NCBI GenBank assembly: GCA_963771045.1
Contig: CAVYRW010000004.1
Span: forward strand, 1,792,001 to 1,856,000
Source of the DNA: Waddliaceae bacterium
GTDB lineage: Bacteria > Chlamydiota > Chlamydiia > Chlamydiales > SLFE01
DNA length: 64,000 nucleotides
Direction: 5' to 3'
The notes below the pieces were generated by a model. It saw nothing but the letters and a program-made list of their open reading frames with translations, had not been told where the DNA came from and searched no databases. Both the position numbers and the translations under genes were made by a program. Of this stretch, positions 60,074 to 64,000 are shown piece by piece; position 1 is the stretch's first letter; the number at the start of each line of letters is the position of its first letter.

Positions 60074-61005
60074 TGGAAGAGGCGATAAAAAAACAAAACT
60101 ACACAATTCATTTCGTGATGACGCTGGGGTTTATTGCCCTAAGCGTTTTGATTGTGGCCTTCCTTTTCTGGTTTTTCTCCTGGCGGTATTATGTTTGGAC
60201 CAATGACGCCAACATCGAGGCCTATGGCAGCGACCTTGGCGCCAACGTCACCGAACGGGTCGTCGGCGTTTACGCAGACGAGGGCGACATGGTGCAGGAG
60301 GGAGAGCTTCTCGTCCAGCTGGAAAACAACGTCCCCCTTGCGCAAAAAGCCGAAGTTGAAGCGGAAATCGTCTCTCTGGAGCAGCAGATTATGGTCAGAG
60401 ACGCCTACTATCAAAAAATTAGAAACGATTATATCCGCGCCGAAGAAGGAATTGCCGATCTGGTGATCTCCGCGCAGGAATTCGACCACAAGCAAAAAGA
60501 CTTTGAAATGGCGGACGCCGAACTCAAACTTGCCCTGGCGAATCTGGAGCTTTCCAAAAAGAAACTCGAGGTCATTAATGCTAAGCTCACTCACTATTCC
60601 GTTCACGCTCCGGGCAATGGCATGGTGTCGAAGAGGTGGATCTGGTATGGAGACGTCACCTCACCGGGACAGAGCATGTTCACCATTTACGATCTCGACA
60701 ATGTCTGGGTACTTGCGAGGCTCGAAGAGGAAAAAATCGAAAATGTCAGACTAGGCGCCGAGGTCGAAATCACTGTCGACAGCTACCCGGGATGGCTCTT
60801 CAAAGGAGAGGTTTTCTCGATCAACGGAGCGGCGGCCTCGAATTTTTCGCTCGTTCCCCAAAACAACGCTACAGGAAACTACACAAAGGTCGCCCAGAGA
60901 ATTCCCATCAAAATTTCCATCCGGCGGCCGGAAAATTTTCCCAAAGACCAGCCACTCTATTTATTCCCCGGAATGCAAGTTGAAGTATGGATAAGAAAAC
61001 CATAA
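60073..61005 (+). CDS. EmrA/HlyD-family membrane fusion protein
   Basis: N-terminal TM helix; TNDANIE, FSLVPQNNATGNYTKVAQRIPIKI. Confidence 0.93.
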   Translation: MEEAIKKQNYTIHFVMTLGFIALSVLIVAFLFWFFSWRYYVWTNDANIEAYGSDLGANVTERVVGVYADEGDMVQEGELLVQLENNVPLAQKAEVEAEIVSLEQQIMVRDAYYQKIRNDYIRAEEGIADLVISAQEFDHKQKDFEMADAELKLALANLELSKKKLEVINAKLTHYSVHAPGNGMVSKRWIWYGDVTSPGQSMFTIYDLDNVWVLARLEEEKIENVRLGAEVEITVDSYPGWLFKGEVFSINGAAASNFSLVPQNNATGNYTKVAQRIPIKISIRRPENFPKDQPLYLFPGMQVEVWIRKP

Positions 61006-62618
61006 AAAACTTTTTCCGCTGGCATCCAGCTTATTGTTTTCATCCGGACAGCACATTTTGGAAATGTTTTGTCATCGCCAACGTGACTTACGGAGGCATG
61101 CTTGTCTTAATCGACCTATTGGGGTCAGTGATGGTCATGAGGCAGTATCAGGGTTTTTTATCGGTTGATTACGACAAGCTTATCTGGACGGCAAGATGCA
61201 TTCTTTTTACTTTGGCGATGAGTCCCCTGATCGCCCTTCGCCTGGGCAGAACCTTCGGGTTTAAGAAAATCTTCTTTTCCGGAGCGTTGCTTTTTTTGAC
61301 CGGCTCCATCCTAACATCTATAGCTCCCGAATACTACTCATTTCTTGTCTGCAGAGTCATTACTGCGCTTGGAGGAGGATTTATGCTCAGCCTGGGCATT
61401 CCAATTATCAACCATATCATCCCGGAGCAGGAAAAGAGGCAGCCGGTTGTCGTTGCTTATTCCTCGATTTCTTTCGGACTGGGAATTGCTCTTGGAATGC
61501 TGATCGGCGGTTATTACGGTCAGCAGCAGCAGTGGCGCATGGTCTTTCTTGCTAACTGTTATTTTGTTGCTCCCATATTGGTGGCGACCTATCTTTGCCA
61601 TGCCGAACTCAAAAGAGAAGGGCAGCGGCCCTACGATATCGCAAGCTTCGTCTTCATCACCTGTTTTTTCCTGAGCCTTTTGTTCATCGTCACCCAGGCC
61701 AAAGCCGAATGGAATACTCTCGGCTGGAATTCGGTCTTCATTTATTCCTGCGAGGCTATAGCCGCAGCCTCGTTTATCGCTTTTATCACAAACAGCTTTT
61801 TGCATCCCCATCCGCTTATCGACCTTCGCATTTTCCTCTATCGCCCTTTTGTTATCGGATGCTGCCTCATGCTTTTTGTGGGATTCATGGTCTTCGGGGT
61901 GACAATGGCCACACTCGGAATCCTTCAGCAGTATTATGGCTACGAATGGATCCGCCTGGGAGAGTTCATGAGTCTTGTCGGCTTCACTTACTTCATTGTC
62001 GGAGCTATCCCCCCTCTCTTTTCCCGCTATGTGAACTTTCGCATTTTTGCCTTCATTGGCCTGAGCCTCGTTATCGCCAGCTGTTTTTTATCGCAATCTA
62101 TCACTATCCAAAGCGATATGTATCAAATCGGGACTATTGTCTTTCTCCGCTCCTCCGGTGTTGCCCTCTCGCTCGGCCCGATCACAGTCATCGCGCTCTC
62201 TCCATTCGGTCAAGATCTCTATGCCAAAGCCTCAACCGTCGTCAACCTCGTGCGGATGCTGGGCGGAGTCTTCGGCAGCGCGGTCATACAGCTCATCACC
62301 GCCTACAGAGCCCCCTACCATGCGCTAAGGTTCGGCGAGATGGTCAATACCGAATCGGCCGAGTACAGGCAGTACTTTGCCGCCTACAGGGAAACGCTGG
62401 AAAATTTTCGCGGCACAAGTCCCGGACTTGCCGCCAGGCAGACACGCCAGATCATCATCGACTGGATCAACGCTCAGGCAGAGATTGCCGGCATACTCGA
62501 CGCCGAATACATCATTGGCTGGATCCTGCTCATCAGTTTGATTGTCCTTTCAATCGGCGTCTGCTTTCATTTTTGGGGAGGCAAAATTACCCGCGCTTTC
62601 CACAGGGTATTTCAATGA
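60987..62618 (+). CDS. DHA2 (EmrB-like) MFS efflux permease
   Basis: About 14 TM helices; WRMVFLAN, HPLIDLRIF, NLVRMLGG; follows the EmrA-like gene. Confidence 0.9.
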   Translation: MDKKTIKNFFRWHPAYCFHPDSTFWKCFVIANVTYGGMLVLIDLLGSVMVMRQYQGFLSVDYDKLIWTARCILFTLAMSPLIALRLGRTFGFKKIFFSGALLFLTGSILTSIAPEYYSFLVCRVITALGGGFMLSLGIPIINHIIPEQEKRQPVVVAYSSISFGLGIALGMLIGGYYGQQQQWRMVFLANCYFVAPILVATYLCHAELKREGQRPYDIASFVFITCFFLSLLFIVTQAKAEWNTLGWNSVFIYSCEAIAAASFIAFITNSFLHPHPLIDLRIFLYRPFVIGCCLMLFVGFMVFGVTMATLGILQQYYGYEWIRLGEFMSLVGFTYFIVGAIPPLFSRYVNFRIFAFIGLSLVIASCFLSQSITIQSDMYQIGTIVFLRSSGVALSLGPITVIALSPFGQDLYAKASTVVNLVRMLGGVFGSAVIQLITAYRAPYHALRFGEMVNTESAEYRQYFAAYRETLENFRGTSPGLAARQTRQIIIDWINAQAEIAGILDAEYIIGWILLISLIVLSIGVCFHFWGGKITRAFHRVFQ

Positions 62619-63492
62619 CTTTAGAGACTCCTGCCTGAATCCCCTTGGCCAAAGGCTCCATCTTTTCAAGATCATCCATAATGCACCAAAAAAATCGCAG
62701 GATCTCTTTACTCATCAACTTATCCTCGACGTCGGCTTTTCCATGCACTTTCTTGGCCGCAAGGGAGACAAACGAAAGATAATCGGAAATATGCTGGGAA
62801 TTATACAAGAACTTGTCAACTGTATGATAAATGGCATCCGCAAGTCGCCGGGCCGGCTCCTGCAGTGCGGTATCTTTTCCATCATCGATCACAATCCTCA
62901 TGAATTTATGGATGCTCTTGAAAATCTTTTTCTTTACACTGCCGGGAGCCAGACGGTAGTTTTGACAAGCCAACTGCAGAATCGGCTTCCACAAAGGGTT
63001 GGTGATAAATCCACTGATTTTCTTAAATGAGGTGGCCAGATAAAGCGCCATAGGGTTCTCTTCAGTGCTTTTTCCTTCAGAAACCAGGCTCCGAGCCAAG
63101 GTAAGATCCTCAATCAACCAATTCGCAAAAAGCGGCCAGGCAGAGCCCTGCTTTTTTATTCGAGCCTTCGCAAGAGGAAAAGCAAAAACGGATGCCTTAG
63201 GGCCTTCTCCTTTTGCTAGGGCTTGGCAAAACTTCTTAAAGCTTTCATCCTTCGTTATGGGATAGCGGGCGGAAAATCGCTTGGGCAACGTCCCAACCTT
63301 CTGAAAAAGAGGTACTTTGTTAATCGCTGATTCCAGTTTGCGGCAAACCTCTTCAAGTTCCCGTGTTTCTTCATAATAAGTTGCGTAAAAGGCCGGAAAC
63401 GTCGGAAAAAGAGCCGACGCAGGACTATTTTCTATAGAAAGGGCCAAACGATCTAAAAAATCCTGTGGAGACGACACTCTATCGATATTCAT
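62587..63492 (-). CDS. Hypothetical protein (301 aa)
   Basis: Long ORF with an AAGG RBS; no recognisable motif. Confidence 0.7.
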   Translation of the reverse strand: MNIDRVSSPQDFLDRLALSIENSPASALFPTFPAFYATYYEETRELEEVCRKLESAINKVPLFQKVGTLPKRFSARYPITKDESFKKFCQALAKGEGPKASVFAFPLAKARIKKQGSAWPLFANWLIEDLTLARSLVSEGKSTEENPMALYLATSFKKISGFITNPLWKPILQLACQNYRLAPGSVKKKIFKSIHKFMRIVIDDGKDTALQEPARRLADAIYHTVDKFLYNSQHISDYLSFVSLAAKKVHGKADVEDKLMSKEILRFFWCIMDDLEKMEPLAKGIQAGVSKVIEIPCGKRG

Positions 63493-63643
63493 AACCTTAT
63501 GAGGCTAAAAAATGGCGTATCTTGTCAAGGGAGAATGTTTTTTTGCAGAAAAATCCCTTAGGTGATTACAAAGAAGAGTGAAGCAATACCTCCTCTTATT
63601 CCTGTAACTTACTTAACTTCTTAAAAATCTTAGGCTTGATTTA

Positions 63644-64000
63644 ATGGCTTTAACAATATTAACAATCAATGCCGGCTCTTCGAGCATCAAGGTGTCCCTT
63701 TTTCGTTTCAACCAGGGCGAGACGATGCTGGCGATTGGCCAGATCGACCGTATAGGACTCAAGAGCAGCAGCTTTGAGCTTGCCGACGGGAATGGCAACT
63801 GGCTCGTCAATGAAAAAGCCGCACTTGCCAATCACGATGAGGCCTACAAGAAGCTTTTCGGCTGGCTCGCTGAAAGCGGGTACGATCTCGACGGCGTCGG
63901 CCACAGAATTGTCCATGGCGGGCCGAACTACCGGTCGCATCAGCCCATCACGCCTGATCTTTTAGAGGAGCTCCATCGCGTTGTCTCTTACAGCCCCTTG
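63644..64000 (+). CDS. ackA: Acetate kinase (5' part, runs off the window)
   Basis: MALTILTINAGSSSIK...GVGHRIVHGG; absent from the ORF track because it has no stop in the window. Confidence 0.93.
   Translation, partial: MALTILTINAGSSSIKVSLFRFNQGETMLAIGQIDRIGLKSSSFELADGNGNWLVNEKAALANHDEAYKKLFGWLAESGYDLDGVGHRIVHGGPNYRSHQPITPDLLEELHRVVSYSPL

Noticed and set aside
61595..62638. 347-aa alternative-frame ORF within the EmrB-like gene
   Set aside because: Arg/Pro/His-rich composition typical of an off-frame reading of a hydrophobic gene; no RBS.
63559..63616. Imperfect hairpin upstream of ackA
   Set aside because: Too degenerate to separate from chance; no second copy seen in the window.
1..64000. 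CRISPR array, tRNA or rRNA genes
   Set aside because: No regularly spaced repeats or cas genes were seen; intergenic gaps are short and show no cloverleaf or rRNA signature by eye (tRNAscan and Infernal not run).

Overview
This ~45% GC bacterial window most likely comes from an environmental chlamydia (Chlamydiota). That is inferred from the pcnB-lpxB synteny with a LAB_N domain, an F-type tra remnant and eukaryote-like BTB/LRR, ankyrin and Sel1 proteins. Housekeeping blocks are proS, glmS-glmM, pcnB-lpxB, potABCD, aceBA and ackA, plus two tripartite efflux systems. A decayed island at ~17.6-30.5 kb holds higBA (nonsense-inactivated toxin), a 160-bp rod-like palindromic element, two IS66-family elements without target duplications and a partly pseudogenised traV-traC-trhF-traW-trbC-traU-(ATPase)-traN segment. 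An IS4-family element with a perfect 9-bp target duplication splits a Sel1 gene. Best leads: (i) an 11.6-kb block bracketed by an exact 25-bp inverted repeat, with a fungal-type DHCR24-like FAD oxidoreductase at one end, an atypical P450 at the other, and an RND exporter and three exported glycosyltransferase-like proteins between; (ii) a palindromic insertion at the potA/potB junction that displaced the original potB start and supplies a new Shine-Dalgarno and ATG; (iii) a BTB+LRR effector-like gene missed by the ORF track; (iv) a complete glyoxylate shunt. Family calls come from motif recognition by eye; no database searches were run. No rRNA, tRNA or CRISPR array was seen.
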